In this document: positions 50,736-61,018 of the stretch, piece by piece
How positions within the stretch are numbered: the stretch's first letter is position 1
How the letters are laid out: the number at the start of each line of letters is the position of its first letter
From: Chloroflexota bacterium
GTDB lineage: Bacteria; Chloroflexota; UBA11872; VXOZ01
Assembly: GCA_965221905.1 (NCBI GenBank)
Contig: OZ244922.1
Location: 1,984,001-2,048,000, forward strand
Direction of reading: 5' to 3'
DNA: 64,000 nt
Notes under the pieces: generated by a model
What the model saw: only the letters and a program-made list of their open reading frames with translations
What the model was told of the DNA's origin: nothing
Databases searched by the model: none
Position numbers and translations under genes: made by a program

Positions 50736-50800
50736 GTCGGCTAATGGTCAACTTACCGGCAATAAGGCCTGACTACCAACAACTTAGGTAGTTGCATCGA

Positions 50801-52627
50801 TTATCCACCGGAGCTTGGCAGAGGAGCTCCTATGTTGATGCGGTTGAAGAAGCCGGAGTCGGCTGCCGTCACGTTTTGCCATTCAAAGCCACGTGCTAGG
50901 AACGTCGCATAGTTGGGAATGTGCGACCACACGCCGTTACCAATGTGCACGAAGATGCGGTCATCAGCACCGTCAAAGCGCCGCGCAAGCATGAGCTGTG
51001 CCGGGTGACGATCGTCAAGCGGGATCGACACTACCACGTCCGTAGGCACGGTGTAATTGGCAATCACATCGGCCCAAGGAACAGCGAACACGTCAGCGCT
51101 GCCAGGCTCGACCCAGCGGCGGACGACCATACCATCGTCTTCACGCCGCACGATGGCGTAGGTCTGGCCCAGTCCTTCATCGCGAATGAAGCCAACAAGG
51201 ACTTGAGAACTGTCATTAGTGGCGGTCCAGCCGATGCCAATGTTCAGGGTAGCGCCGCCGTCATGTCGCACGATTTGCAGCACGTCACCTGCAAGCACCG
51301 TAGCCGTCGCAGAACCTGAGCGTCCGATTTCCCCAAGTGGCGGACCAGACGCGGCCGGAGCTGCGGCCCGAGCTGCTGCAGGAGCTGCTGCCGGAGCTGC
51401 TGCCGTGGTGGTGGTAGTTGTGGTTCCGCTTGTCTCCCCGGATTTGATCCTGATTGTGCGGCCCTCATAGCGAGTTGCCTCACTATCAGGATCAATGTCC
51501 TCGAATCTAAACGTGATGTCTTCGAATGTGGTCTCGAACACGAACTCAATGCTGCTCACATCCGCGGCAACATCCGCTTCCGCCAGATTGTATGTCACCT
51601 CCACCGAGTCTTCCGAATTGGTTCCAGGTGTACCAAGATTAGAATCGGTAACTACTTCCTGTTCACTTTTGACGTGGTCACCGCGATAGCGAACTATCGT
51701 GACGTCAAAATTAGGATCAGTATAGATCCCATACGCTCCCGTTTTCACAGTGACCGTAAAAGTGACGGTATCACCCTCATCCAAACCTTCTACGTCACCC
51801 TCATCGATACTGGCCATGAACCCCACCATGACGCCGTCCATAATCTGCTCGCCGATGCGGGTGACTGTCACCGTGTATACATTGGTACTATCTCCCGGGA
51901 CGCTGCCGTTCTCAGCCGTGACCGTGACCACGATTGGGTTTGGGCCCACCGCGAGAGGCACCACGCCGTCGTCATAGGTGTCGCCATCCTTCGTGACTGT
52001 GTAGGTGCCGTCTTCGTTGGTCTCGGCGGTTACCGTCGTCTCCATGACGTCGTAGCCAACGGCGGCACTATACGTAGTCTGTCCAGTCTCGAAATCCGGA
52101 GCAAGCGTTACCTTCGTCAAAGCCAGATCATCCAGGGTGGCAACATCTGAAAGCGCTGGGAGCACGGTGATCGTGATCTCGTTGCTCTTGATGGTCTGCT
52201 CAGCGTGATTAGTCTGCGGATCAGTATCCGCGTCGCCCGCTGGCGTGTACATATACTGAAGGTACAAAGTGATCGTTCTGATGTCTCCGTTGCCCAGATC
52301 GCCCCCGACTACCGTATAATCAAAAGTGCGTCCAGGAGTGCTGAGATCTAGAGGCGTAGCAGTGGTCACACCCATGAGATTTACTGTTGTTTGGTCACTA
52401 GGTGCGGTATGGTCACCCGAAGGGGTGAACATCACGCCAAACTGCATCACTTCATCGACATGCACCATATCGCCGAGATCGTCTTGGCGCGTGAGTGTGA
52501 GGCTGCCATAGTCGGCGCCCTCGTGGTCGCCGTCCTCTGTCTCATGCGCCGCCGCCGTACCGGCAAGCGGTCCGATTAAGAATATCAGTGCTATCAGCAC
52601 TGCCAAAAAGCGAGAGATTGATTGCAC
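50801..52627 (-). CDS. Secreted surface protein: cadherin-like beta-sandwich, Thr/Ala/Pro linker, uncharacterised C-terminal domain
   Basis: Signal peptide ending TAAA; LSDVATLDDLAL..LAPDF..TTY..VTVTAENG..YTVTVTR; TTTTTTTAAAPAAAPAAA linker; acidic and Thr-rich. Confidence 0.78.
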   Translation of the reverse strand: MQSISRFLAVLIALIFLIGPLAGTAAAHETEDGDHEGADYGSLTLTRQDDLGDMVHVDEVMQFGVMFTPSGDHTAPSDQTTVNLMGVTTATPLDLSTPGRTFDYTVVGGDLGNGDIRTITLYLQYMYTPAGDADTDPQTNHAEQTIKSNEITITVLPALSDVATLDDLALTKVTLAPDFETGQTTYSAAVGYDVMETTVTAETNEDGTYTVTKDGDTYDDGVVPLAVGPNPIVVTVTAENGSVPGDSTNVYTVTVTRIGEQIMDGVMVGFMASIDEGDVEGLDEGDTVTFTVTVKTGAYGIYTDPNFDVTIVRYRGDHVKSEQEVVTDSNLGTPGTNSEDSVEVTYNLAEADVAADVSSIEFVFETTFEDITFRFEDIDPDSEATRYEGRTIRIKSGETSGTTTTTTTAAAPAAAPAAARAAAPAASGPPLGEIGRSGSATATVLAGDVLQIVRHDGGATLNIGIGWTATNDSSQVLVGFIRDEGLGQTYAIVRREDDGMVVRRWVEPGSADVFAVPWADVIANYTVPTDVVVSIPLDDRHPAQLMLARRFDGADDRIFVHIGNGVWSHIPNYATFLARGFEWQNVTAADSGFFNRINIGAPLPSSGG

Positions 52628-52750
52628 AGCAAGTTCTCCAGTGTGCTATTGCGACTAATTGGTCGGGACGCGGGTATGGTTCTGTTTCGTAAAATCTCCT
52701 CCTTCCCTAGAAACAAACCCGCCGCATATTTACTGAAAACATTCTAGCGT

Positions 52751-52780
52751 ATTATATGGTATACTGCAACGGCATGGCAA
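52751..52780 (-). promoter_or_regulatory. Sigma70-type promoter of the surface-protein gene
   Basis: Minus strand TTGCCA-N18-TATAAT. Confidence 0.55.
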
Positions 52781-53277
52781 GTATCAAACAAGGGGCTCCT
52801 CACCTGGTGCGGGATGGGGGGTTCCTCATTTAAGCTCCCGAATGCACTTGAAATTGTATGAGGAATGAGCCGCGCCTGCCACACGGTCGCGGCACCGTCC
52901 CGCGGCGCACCACCAAATAGGAAGTCCATCGCAGAATAATCTACGCGCATGCGCAACACCCTTGTTGGTTCGCGCGTCTCCCTGCGCCTGAGCAAGCCTG
53001 CAGGATGCGTCCCTGCGGTAGCGTCGTTGCTATCGGCCTTCTTTTCAACAACCTGCTCCACATTGTCTCCTGTGGGGATGCCCTGAGCCGCTAGGGTCCG
53101 CGCGACGGTCTGGCGGCGGTTCGTGCTGGCAACCGCCCGCGCGGCCGGGCAGAAGCTTGGTGGTCGTGGCGCACCTGCACCTGTGCGGGCACTCCAGTAA
53201 TGATAGCGTCAATCCAGCCGAAATTGCAAGTCAGCGTCATCGATCTTGGTAAGCGCCTGGTCCAAGCCGGCGCACTT

Positions 53278-54342
53278 TCACAGCGTGTACGCCTTATAGC
53301 CGAATTCGCACGGATTGCCGTGGCTGACGTGAAGCCGCCCCCGCAGCGGCTCCATCACATATGAAGCCACGGTCTCGATACTCTCAGGGGTGCCGTCGTT
53401 ATGTCTACAAATGCTGTGAGGGTACCCCTCGTGATCTGACATCATCCGCATCACGTCATCCGCGGACGCACGCTGAACGCTGGCGACGAGTTGGTCGGCC
53501 CGGGCGCAGCGCGGCGCCGAGTCCGGTATCTGATCGTGAAACATGTCGAACTGCTCGAGTTCAGGCGAACGGATGTTATTCGTGTGTGCCAGGGTGTCAT
53601 CGGTCGCTTCGATCACACCAACGCCGTGCGGTGCTGCGATTTCGGCATCCACCAAGCGGTTCTCACCATCAACCATCAAGTAGTTCCCAGCGGAAGAGAA
53701 CGTGGTTGAATGCATTATGTCAAGAACCTCCGCTAGGTTGCGGCACTCCAGAATTCGCCGCTTGAGAGGATAGTGCGAAACACCCACCCGCCAGCCCTCG
53801 GTGTAGAGTTGATTCTGCACAAACGCGACGCCGTGCTCATTGAAACCGGGATACCCGATGACGCCCGCCCACGTAAACATGATGAACGCAGGCTTCCCGC
53901 GCGGAGCCACGCGCAGCACCACGCCGACGTCCTTCATCCAGTCCCCGACGTCTTGGTTCTGCGCGATGATCGTGCTCTCGTTGTCCGTCCGGCTCGTCAG
54001 GAAGCCGAGCGAACTGCAGCCGTCGCTCAAACCGGCGTTCCCCAGCGTGAGTTCCGTGCGCACGTTGAGCAGCACGACCTCCGCAAATGAAACGTTAGCG
54101 CCCGCGGCTATGCCTCGCATCTCTTCAATTGCATCGGGTATGAACTCTTTAATGGAAGGCACAAAAGACTCCGCGCGCATCCGCAAGGTTTCGCGGTCCT
54201 GATTCTTGTGCTCCCCAATCGTCTGATAGGAGTGTTCCAGGAAACTGTGCACTTGCTCGCGGCAGGCCTCTCCATGCTGGCGGCCTAACTCGAATGGCGA
54301 TCCGCTCACTTTGAAATATGGATAGGACGGTGATTTCTCCAC
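53278..54342 (-). CDS. Peptidase C45 (Ntn-hydrolase, acyl-CoA:6-APA acyltransferase-like)
   Basis: GSPFELGRQHG, EEMRGIAAGA, LLNVRTE, GCSS nucleophile, AQNQD, HTN, SICRH. Confidence 0.88.
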   Translation of the reverse strand: MEKSPSYPYFKVSGSPFELGRQHGEACREQVHSFLEHSYQTIGEHKNQDRETLRMRAESFVPSIKEFIPDAIEEMRGIAAGANVSFAEVVLLNVRTELTLGNAGLSDGCSSLGFLTSRTDNESTIIAQNQDVGDWMKDVGVVLRVAPRGKPAFIMFTWAGVIGYPGFNEHGVAFVQNQLYTEGWRVGVSHYPLKRRILECRNLAEVLDIMHSTTFSSAGNYLMVDGENRLVDAEIAAPHGVGVIEATDDTLAHTNNIRSPELEQFDMFHDQIPDSAPRCARADQLVASVQRASADDVMRMMSDHEGYPHSICRHNDGTPESIETVASYVMEPLRGRLHVSHGNPCEFGYKAYTL

Positions 54343-54684
54343 TGCGGCGCTCCTATGGATTATGTAAAGCTCTTACGTTCTGTGTGATACGCTGTGGTTT
54401 TTGATTTCCATCCACATCGTACGCCTGCTGCCATGTGGCGGCAAGCGTTCGTATTGCCTACCCAGGGCTGGCATAATGTCAACAACCATGACCTCCTGTG
54501 TTTCAGCATGCTCGATGAACACACTTCACGCGGTGCAATAGGGGCTTTTGCGTTGCTCGACGCGTGGTTTCATCCTTGCCGTGCCTAAGCATAGAAAGGG
54601 TCCGTGTATGAGTGGGTGCTTGGTGGGCGGACAATCGGGCTTATTACATTAAGTCGTGTTTTTCCAGCACAAGGTAGGGCAACT

Positions 54685-55713
54685 ATGGAATCCCTAGAGA
54701 TACTCTTTCTCGCCAAAGACACAGTTGACGTGCAAGATCAGCCGGTGCCAGATGTACAGCCCGGTGAAGTCTTGGTGCGTTTGCAGCGCTCGCTCATCAG
54801 CACGGGCACAGAGTGTATTTGCTTGCAACGCAACTTTGCGCTGGGTTCGCACTGGGACACGTGGGTGAAGTATCCCTTTCGGCCGGGGTATAGCGCAGTT
54901 GGAGTAGTGATAGAGGCCGGTGACTTCGTCAAAGATGCAGCCGAGGTCACAACCGTTGCCGTAGGCGACCGGGTTGCACTGCCCGTCAAGCACGGACAGT
55001 ACGCAGTCGCAAATGCGAGCCGTGCGGTCAAGGTTCCGGATTCGGTCTCAGATGAGGCTGCTGCCTGGTTCTATCTGGCGTGCATAGCGCAGAACGCCGT
55101 ACGCCGGGCGGAGCACCGGCTAGGCGACGACGTGGTGGTGATTGGCGCTGGAATACTGGGCCAACTTGTGGTGCAATTCGTGCGTCTCCTTGGAGCCAAT
55201 CGCATAGTAGTCATCGACACAGCACCGGCGCGGCTTTCGCTGGCGGAGTCCCACGGCGCCACGCACACGTTGACCGTTGCATCGGGCGACGCCGAAGATG
55301 CCGTCTCATCGATTACGGATGGCAGGCTGGCGGACGTGGTGTACGACATCACTGGCAATGCGGCGGTGCTGCCTACGGCCCTGCCGCTGGCCCGGCGCTT
55401 TGGCAAGGTGCTCCTGCTTGGCGACACCGGCACGCCGTCGGACCAACGGCTCACGGGCGATGTCATCCGGCGCGGGGTCACGCTCATCGGCGCCCACAGC
55501 AGCAATCCGCCCCCTGCTGCGACCGACTACGCCCACTGGACCCATGAGCACATGACGAAACTATTCTTCACCTATCTGGAGCGCGGCCAAATGCAGGTTG
55601 AAGACCTCATCACGCACCGCTTCGATCCCCGCGAGGCCGCCGCTGCCTATGCCATGCTAAGCAAAGACCGGTCCCAGGCAATGGGCGTGCTCTTCGATTG
55701 GACGCGGCTTTAG
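54685..55713 (+). CDS. Medium-chain (MDR) dehydrogenase, BchC-like subgroup lacking the catalytic Zn Cys
   Basis: SLISTGTE, YPFRPGYSAVG, VIGAGILG, LITHRF. Confidence 0.85.
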   Translation: MESLEILFLAKDTVDVQDQPVPDVQPGEVLVRLQRSLISTGTECICLQRNFALGSHWDTWVKYPFRPGYSAVGVVIEAGDFVKDAAEVTTVAVGDRVALPVKHGQYAVANASRAVKVPDSVSDEAAAWFYLACIAQNAVRRAEHRLGDDVVVIGAGILGQLVVQFVRLLGANRIVVIDTAPARLSLAESHGATHTLTVASGDAEDAVSSITDGRLADVVYDITGNAAVLPTALPLARRFGKVLLLGDTGTPSDQRLTGDVIRRGVTLIGAHSSNPPPAATDYAHWTHEHMTKLFFTYLERGQMQVEDLITHRFDPREAAAAYAMLSKDRSQAMGVLFDWTRL

Positions 55714-55875
55714 TGGCAATTGGCCGAGTGGCAGTTGCACGTGTGCAAGGATGGATCTGCTTTTTCGCCAGATGCGATCTTGCACGCCGTTTGACCCTAC
55801 TCGCGCTTCCTTTCGTTTATTGCCGCCACGTTGGGCCACGCATCCCTCACTTGGTCTACCAAAGGCTTGTACAGA

Positions 55876-56259
55876 CTAGACCGCACTGTGTACCAGCCGG
55901 CCAATGCCCAAGCCCACGAACACGAAGGCGATGCCCAGTACATTGCTGAGGAGAAGATTTAACAGGGCTAAGCGAATTTCGCCATCGCGCATGAGGTTGA
56001 CGCTCTCGATGCCGTAAGTTGAGAATGTTGTGAATGCGCCGAGCACGCCGATCAGAAAGAACGTGCGCACGTGAGGGGAGATGGTTGTCTGGGCCAGCGG
56101 CTCCCATAGCAGACCCACGGCGAGACAGCCGATGAGGTTGACGCCGAGTGTTCCCGCCGGGAATGCGCTCTCGAAGTAGCGGTTGATGATGCCTGAGAGC
56201 AGGTAGCGCAGGGTTGCACCGAATGCGCCGCCCAGGGCGACGAAGAACACGCTTGCCAT
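55876..56259 (-). CDS. crcB: Fluoride channel Fluc/CrcB
   Basis: GGAFGATLRY, FPAGTLGVN, GVLGAFTTFST. Confidence 0.95.
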   Translation of the reverse strand: MASVFFVALGGAFGATLRYLLSGIINRYFESAFPAGTLGVNLIGCLAVGLLWEPLAQTTISPHVRTFFLIGVLGAFTTFSTYGIESVNLMRDGEIRLALLNLLLSNVLGIAFVFVGLGIGRLVHSAV

Positions 56260-56366
56260 AGCCTCTTTCCCAAGTCCCTTTGGCGGTCTGCGCACAACCA
56301 CATTAAACACGACGAGAGAGGTAGGCCGGACGACTCGTGGGTATGCAAGTGGGAGTGCGGTTAGTG

Positions 56367-56452
56367 TGGTGCCGAAGGCGGGAATCGAACCCGCACGGGT
56401 GTTACCCCACTGGTTTTTGAGACCAGCGCGTCTTCCGTTCCGCCACTTCGGC
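56367..56452 (-). tRNA. tRNA-Leu (CAA)
   Basis: Cloverleaf with long variable arm, anticodon loop CTCAAAA, GTTCGA, encoded CCA. Confidence 0.96.
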
Positions 56453-56509
56453 TCGCCTAAGATGATTCTAGAGAATCCCAATCACAGCGGTCAAGCAGTG
56501 TAAGTTATG

Positions 56510-57874
56510 TCAATTATCTTCCTGCTTCAGCCGTGACGCATCGGCAAGGATGTATTCCGCGACTTCCTGTCCGAGTCGGATGCTGTAGTTTATGCCCCGG
56601 TCTTCGGGATAGATGAGGGTCGTGTTGGCAAGATAGAGGTGGGAGATGGGCGTGCGGAGTTCCGGCTTCTTGTGTTGGTAGCCAACTTCAATGAGAGGCT
56701 GGGCAAACGGATCGCCTCCCGACCACATATTCTTCACCATGTCTCGCGAGAACTCTGGATACACTTGCTGCAGGAAAGGCAGATAGTGTTCGAAGAGCGC
56801 CGCGGTCTCCATGCGCATCAGCGGGTCCCGCGGAGACATGTAGCGTGCCACGTAGAGCAGGTGGCTGCCGCCGTAGGCCTCCGGCGATAAGAGATTCGTT
56901 TGCTCTACCAACGCCGTAAAGGGCAGTTCCTCCGCGCTGATGTTGAGCCAGTAATACGGTGACATGCGCCGATCGAGCTCCAGGAGCAGGCACGACGCGC
57001 CCTTATACTCAATGCTGCCCAGCCGTTCCCGGTACTCATCCGGCAGATCGGGGGTTAGGTGCAGAAAGATGGGCGTATGTACCGCAGCCAGGACAAGATC
57101 GAAGTCCTGCCGCTCACCGCCTACTACGATGCCGCGCGCTCGGCCGTTTTCGACGATGATCCGCTCTGCCGGAGCTTCTAGGTGAATGTGTCCGCCTAGC
57201 TCTTCGATGCGGCGCCCAAATGCGTCCACCAGGGTGCGAAAAGAGTTGTCGAAATAGCCCAATTGCTCCTTGGCCATGCCCTTGGACCGTGAAGACGCCC
57301 GTACGTGGATGCGCGCCCAAAGCCACGCCATACTCACCCGGTGCCAGTCCTCGCCAAACTTTGCCTTCAACAATCCGCCCCATATGGTGTCGAATACGCG
57401 GTTGCCGCAGAAGCGGCGCATCCAGTCCGCCGCGCTGATGTCCTGAAACGGCTGCCAGCGTTTGCGTTTCTGCAAGTAAAGCACCGAAAGGCCGAGCCGA
57501 AAGCGTTGCAGAGGATTGAGCGGCTTAAAACGCAGTACGTCTACAGGGCCGTTGAAGGGGAGCAGTTGGCCTTCCCAGTAGAAGCCCATCGTGGAATCGA
57601 CCCAGGTCAGTTTATCGGTGACGCCGAGGCGCTCTGCGGAAGCCAGGAGGTGATGGTCGCTGCTAAAGCAATGGTGGTAGTAGTATTCGACGAAGGTATT
57701 CCCAATCTCCCGAGTGGCTACCTCGCCTCCGAGCTGTGATTGTTTCTCGAATACATGGACCTGCGCGCCCCGAGCGAGCAGCGCTTCCGCGGCGGCCATG
57801 CCGCTAAAGCCACCGCCGACAACGGCAATACGCAGCGGAGCATCGGAATCGGCGGTCTGTGAAACTTGATTCAT
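56510..57874 (-). CDS. FAD-dependent oxidoreductase (amine oxidase/HemY-like family linked to glycan loci)
   Basis: IAVVGGGFSG, FEK..LGG, YYHH, YWLNI, YPEDRG. Confidence 0.82.
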   Translation of the reverse strand: MNQVSQTADSDAPLRIAVVGGGFSGMAAAEALLARGAQVHVFEKQSQLGGEVATREIGNTFVEYYYHHCFSSDHHLLASAERLGVTDKLTWVDSTMGFYWEGQLLPFNGPVDVLRFKPLNPLQRFRLGLSVLYLQKRKRWQPFQDISAADWMRRFCGNRVFDTIWGGLLKAKFGEDWHRVSMAWLWARIHVRASSRSKGMAKEQLGYFDNSFRTLVDAFGRRIEELGGHIHLEAPAERIIVENGRARGIVVGGERQDFDLVLAAVHTPIFLHLTPDLPDEYRERLGSIEYKGASCLLLELDRRMSPYYWLNISAEELPFTALVEQTNLLSPEAYGGSHLLYVARYMSPRDPLMRMETAALFEHYLPFLQQVYPEFSRDMVKNMWSGGDPFAQPLIEVGYQHKKPELRTPISHLYLANTTLIYPEDRGINYSIRLGQEVAEYILADASRLKQEDN

Positions 57875-57893
57875 GTGGTTTCCCGTGAAGTGC

Positions 57894-59096
57894 TTAGCCT
57901 GTTGCCTGGCCCACAGGCGATCCTGGTAAATCCACCGCTTGCGTCGGCAACCAGCGCCTGCGACGTCGCCAAGCCAGGACACCGCCGAGAATAATTACGG
58001 GCAACAGGAGGAGTGCGTGCATCAGGAGAAGATAGGCCACCGCCATTTCAGCGGCGATGCCAAATTGGGTGAGGACCAGCTTACCGGCAAACTCGAAGGG
58101 CCCAATGTACCCTGGCGATGAAGGGATTGCCGAAAAGATATTGATCACGCCCATGGTCAATAAAAACACGAGCACCGAATCTTCCATTCCCATGCTGCGT
58201 GCAACTACATAGTATGTAAGGCCTTCGACAATCCATGAAGCCGCGCTCAGCACTAATATCTCCGCGAGTCTCTGCGGCGAGCGAAGGCTCTGCAGGCCCC
58301 CGACAAACGACCGCATCATGCCAACGATGCGGTATCCAATTCTACCCGGCAGCAAGAGGGACAAGCGCAAAGGCAGGGAAATGAGATAGTCGCGCGCAAT
58401 GATTGTAGTTCCTAAGGCGGCAATTAAGAGCAAAATGCCGGCGCCGACCAGCGGCATCAGGAGAGCTTCCGGAATCCATTGACCGAATTCCAAAAAGACT
58501 GTTACTAGCACGACTGCAAGGAGCCCGGTGAGTGCAAGCGCTCTCCCCAAAGTGCGCACTCGAGTCGATCGGTGCCGGGAGCGCCGCGACTGGTGCGTGG
58601 CGACAAGAATCAGAAGGCCGGTGGCCGCGATTGCCAGCACCGCGGCAATGCGCAGTGCCGTAAGCAACGGTGAAGGCCAGGAGAGAATTACCGTGCACGC
58701 TACGATTATGCCAAGGATTGCAAGCACGTCGAGGAGGCGCTCAAGGACAACAGTTGCCAAGGAAGCGCTCTTGCGAATTCCTGTTTCACGCGCAAGCAGG
58801 AAGACGCGCATCACGTCGCCCATGCGCGCAGGTACAACGTTGTTTACTGTATAGCTAACGATGAGAAGGGCAATCGCTTGCCGGGCCGGAATTCGCTCTA
58901 GTGGTAACAAGAGACGCTGCCAGCGCAGGCCCCGGATCGCCACGCCTACGAAATAGACGAGAACTGCCGGAACCAGATACCAAAAGTTCGCGCCACTGAG
59001 CGCCACCCACGTTTGCCCCAGGTCGAGACCCCGCAGCGCGAGCCACAGGAGAATCGCACTAATGCCAATGCCCACAATTGCCTGAATCGTGCGCAT
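57894..59096 (-). CDS. Lysylphosphatidylglycerol synthase TM / AglD2-like flippase (UPF0104)
   Basis: RGLRW..LL, NNVVPARMGDVMR, VVLERLLD, PSSPGYIGPFE. Confidence 0.87.
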   Translation of the reverse strand: MRTIQAIVGIGISAILLWLALRGLDLGQTWVALSGANFWYLVPAVLVYFVGVAIRGLRWQRLLLPLERIPARQAIALLIVSYTVNNVVPARMGDVMRVFLLARETGIRKSASLATVVLERLLDVLAILGIIVACTVILSWPSPLLTALRIAAVLAIAATGLLILVATHQSRRSRHRSTRVRTLGRALALTGLLAVVLVTVFLEFGQWIPEALLMPLVGAGILLLIAALGTTIIARDYLISLPLRLSLLLPGRIGYRIVGMMRSFVGGLQSLRSPQRLAEILVLSAASWIVEGLTYYVVARSMGMEDSVLVFLLTMGVINIFSAIPSSPGYIGPFEFAGKLVLTQFGIAAEMAVAYLLLMHALLLLPVIILGGVLAWRRRRRWLPTQAVDLPGSPVGQATG

Positions 59097-59489
59097 TGGT
59101 CCCGGTCGCCAGCGTGATTGAGAGTTCGAAAGCATCAGTGGTCCAAGAACTCGGCTGTTACATCTCTTTGTTTGGCAACGTCGATAGGCTCCCACACCAG
59201 CCTGACTGTCAAAGCGTGTGAATTTTCCTGTAGCAGACAGTAGTTGCCATGGTTTGTGACTTTGGAATGTCTCTAGCGTATTGCAAATGCGAGACGTGGT
59301 CAATTCCCCCGCTCTCACCCGTCCCATTCGCTCTATGGTTCGCAATACAGCGCTAAGGAATCCATTGGGGTACAAGCTAGAGCCAGCGGGAATCTCCATG
59401 CCTCAAGACTGGGAAATACGCCGCGCTGCGGGCATCCGCGACCCTCTTGCTACAGCAGTTCCCGCAGGGAACGATAGTCACCTTGGGTG

Positions 59490-60425
59490 TCATTGCTGAA
59501 AGCCGCCGAGAGAGCGCATGTACTCTGCCGCCGACTTTGCCGCAGACTCCGGATCGGGCAAGAGGTGCCAATAGTCTCGCGGCATACCCTTGAACGGATT
59601 CACATACTCATACAGCACGTAGCCGTCGAAGCCGCCCTGCCGCAGTTCAGCAAGCACTTCTTTCCAGTCGATATCCCCATCCGGGAGTTCCGTCCATTCG
59701 TAACCATAGACGTCCTTAGGCATGTAGTCTAATTCACCCGGCTGGCGGCGGCGCACATTCTTCACGTGGAGCATTGCTATATGGGGCGCCAATTGCCGCG
59801 CTTCATGCAGTACGTCCCTGCCTTCCATGTAGAGATTTGCGCCATCCATGACAAGGTCCAAGTCGGGCCCAACTGCGTCGCGCACCGCTAGCAATTCTTT
59901 GGCGTTGGACGTGGTCGTATTCTCATTGGACTCTACGATGATGCGCACGCCGCGCTCTTTGGCATACGGCAGAAGCTCCTTCAGTGCAGCCACGTGCAAT
60001 TCTCTTGCCTCTTGGGGCGAAAGCGAGACCTCCGGTATCGGTTCAAGCACATTGCCGATGCTGCGCAGCCACATGACGTCGAGCGTTGCTGCCAGGTCGA
60101 TATAGGTCTTATTGATCGCCAAACTCTGTTCGCGGAGTTCCCCCGGGGGATACGTAAGTGGGCAGTAGCAGGAAAAGCAGGCAATGTCAAGCTTTTTATC
60201 CCTGAGTACGCGCCGAAACTCGTAGCTCCCAGCCTCATTGACGAGCCGCGGGCTCAGCATGTCGTAACCAACCGCGTTGTAGTGGCGCTCCACTCGCCGC
60301 GGTACGTCGAGCGTGTAGCCGCGCAGACTAATGCCGTGGTAGCCGTATTTCCCGGCCCAGGCGAGGACCTTGGCTAGGCCAAACGGATGCTGCCAGCCGA
60401 CGCCTCCGTACAATGCCAGCTTCAT
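59490..60425 (-). CDS. Sugar phosphate isomerase/epimerase (TIM barrel)
   Basis: GYHGISLRG, YIDLAA.L, IIVE, DGAN, LHVKN, GDIDW, YEY. Confidence 0.85.
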   Translation of the reverse strand: MKLALYGGVGWQHPFGLAKVLAWAGKYGYHGISLRGYTLDVPRRVERHYNAVGYDMLSPRLVNEAGSYEFRRVLRDKKLDIACFSCYCPLTYPPGELREQSLAINKTYIDLAATLDVMWLRSIGNVLEPIPEVSLSPQEARELHVAALKELLPYAKERGVRIIVESNENTTTSNAKELLAVRDAVGPDLDLVMDGANLYMEGRDVLHEARQLAPHIAMLHVKNVRRRQPGELDYMPKDVYGYEWTELPDGDIDWKEVLAELRQGGFDGYVLYEYVNPFKGMPRDYWHLLPDPESAAKSAAEYMRSLGGFQQ

Positions 60426-60942
60426 GTTCCTCGCTCCTCCGGCTGATTACCTTATGTCGAGATTAGAATGTGGATGACCAATTCTGATTGCGCAGTTCTC
60501 AGAGACTTCTGGAGCAACAAAAAGAGCGGTTGCCGTCACCGGTGTGAAGACAGACCGCACATAATGCGAGCGAGACCGGCTACATCGCTTTCTCAATATC
60601 TGGCTCAAATGCTACCTTCGGGCACCGCAGATGACGCGGGCTCTGCACAGATCGAGTAGGGCCTGACTTAACGATAGAACGCAAAACTCATGTCGAAAGC
60701 GATTCCCGCTTCACATCGACTCTCAATGGGATAGGTCTGGAGAGACCGGAAGGAAACGCCCACACGTACGAAAGGATGGGGCGTATTGAGATCCCGTTGA
60801 ATAACCATGCGCGTAGAAAGCCTGACAATTCCAGGTGTAGTGGGCATGATATTGCTTCGAATGTGCCGCATGGATGGGGCGCTACCGGAAAAAAGGCCCA
60901 ATGACAGCCATTTCCGGCGTGATACGCGCTACATACGTTGTC

Positions 60943-61018
60943 TGGCAGGAGCGGAGGGACTCGAACCCACGACCGCTGGTTTTGGAGACCAGTGCTCTTC
61001 CAACTGAGCTACGCTCCT
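60943..61018 (-). tRNA. tRNA-Trp (CCA)
   Basis: AGGAGCGTAGCTCAGTTGG..CTCCAAA..GGTTCGAGTCC..CCA, 76 nt. Confidence 0.96.

Noticed and set aside
50419-50791. Short repetitive ORFs over the MITE
   Set aside because: Artefacts of a 54-bp unit whose length is a multiple of three
53278-54342. Penicillin biosynthesis gene
   Set aside because: C45 is a broad family; no ACV synthetase or IPNS is present
56260-56481. N-terminal extension of CrcB or a fluoride riboswitch
   Set aside because: The extension reads through tRNA-Leu, and no fluoride riboswitch consensus is visible
56510-57874. Protoporphyrinogen oxidase HemY
   Set aside because: YYHH and YPEDRG motifs and the flippase neighbour fit the glycan-associated subfamily; no hem context
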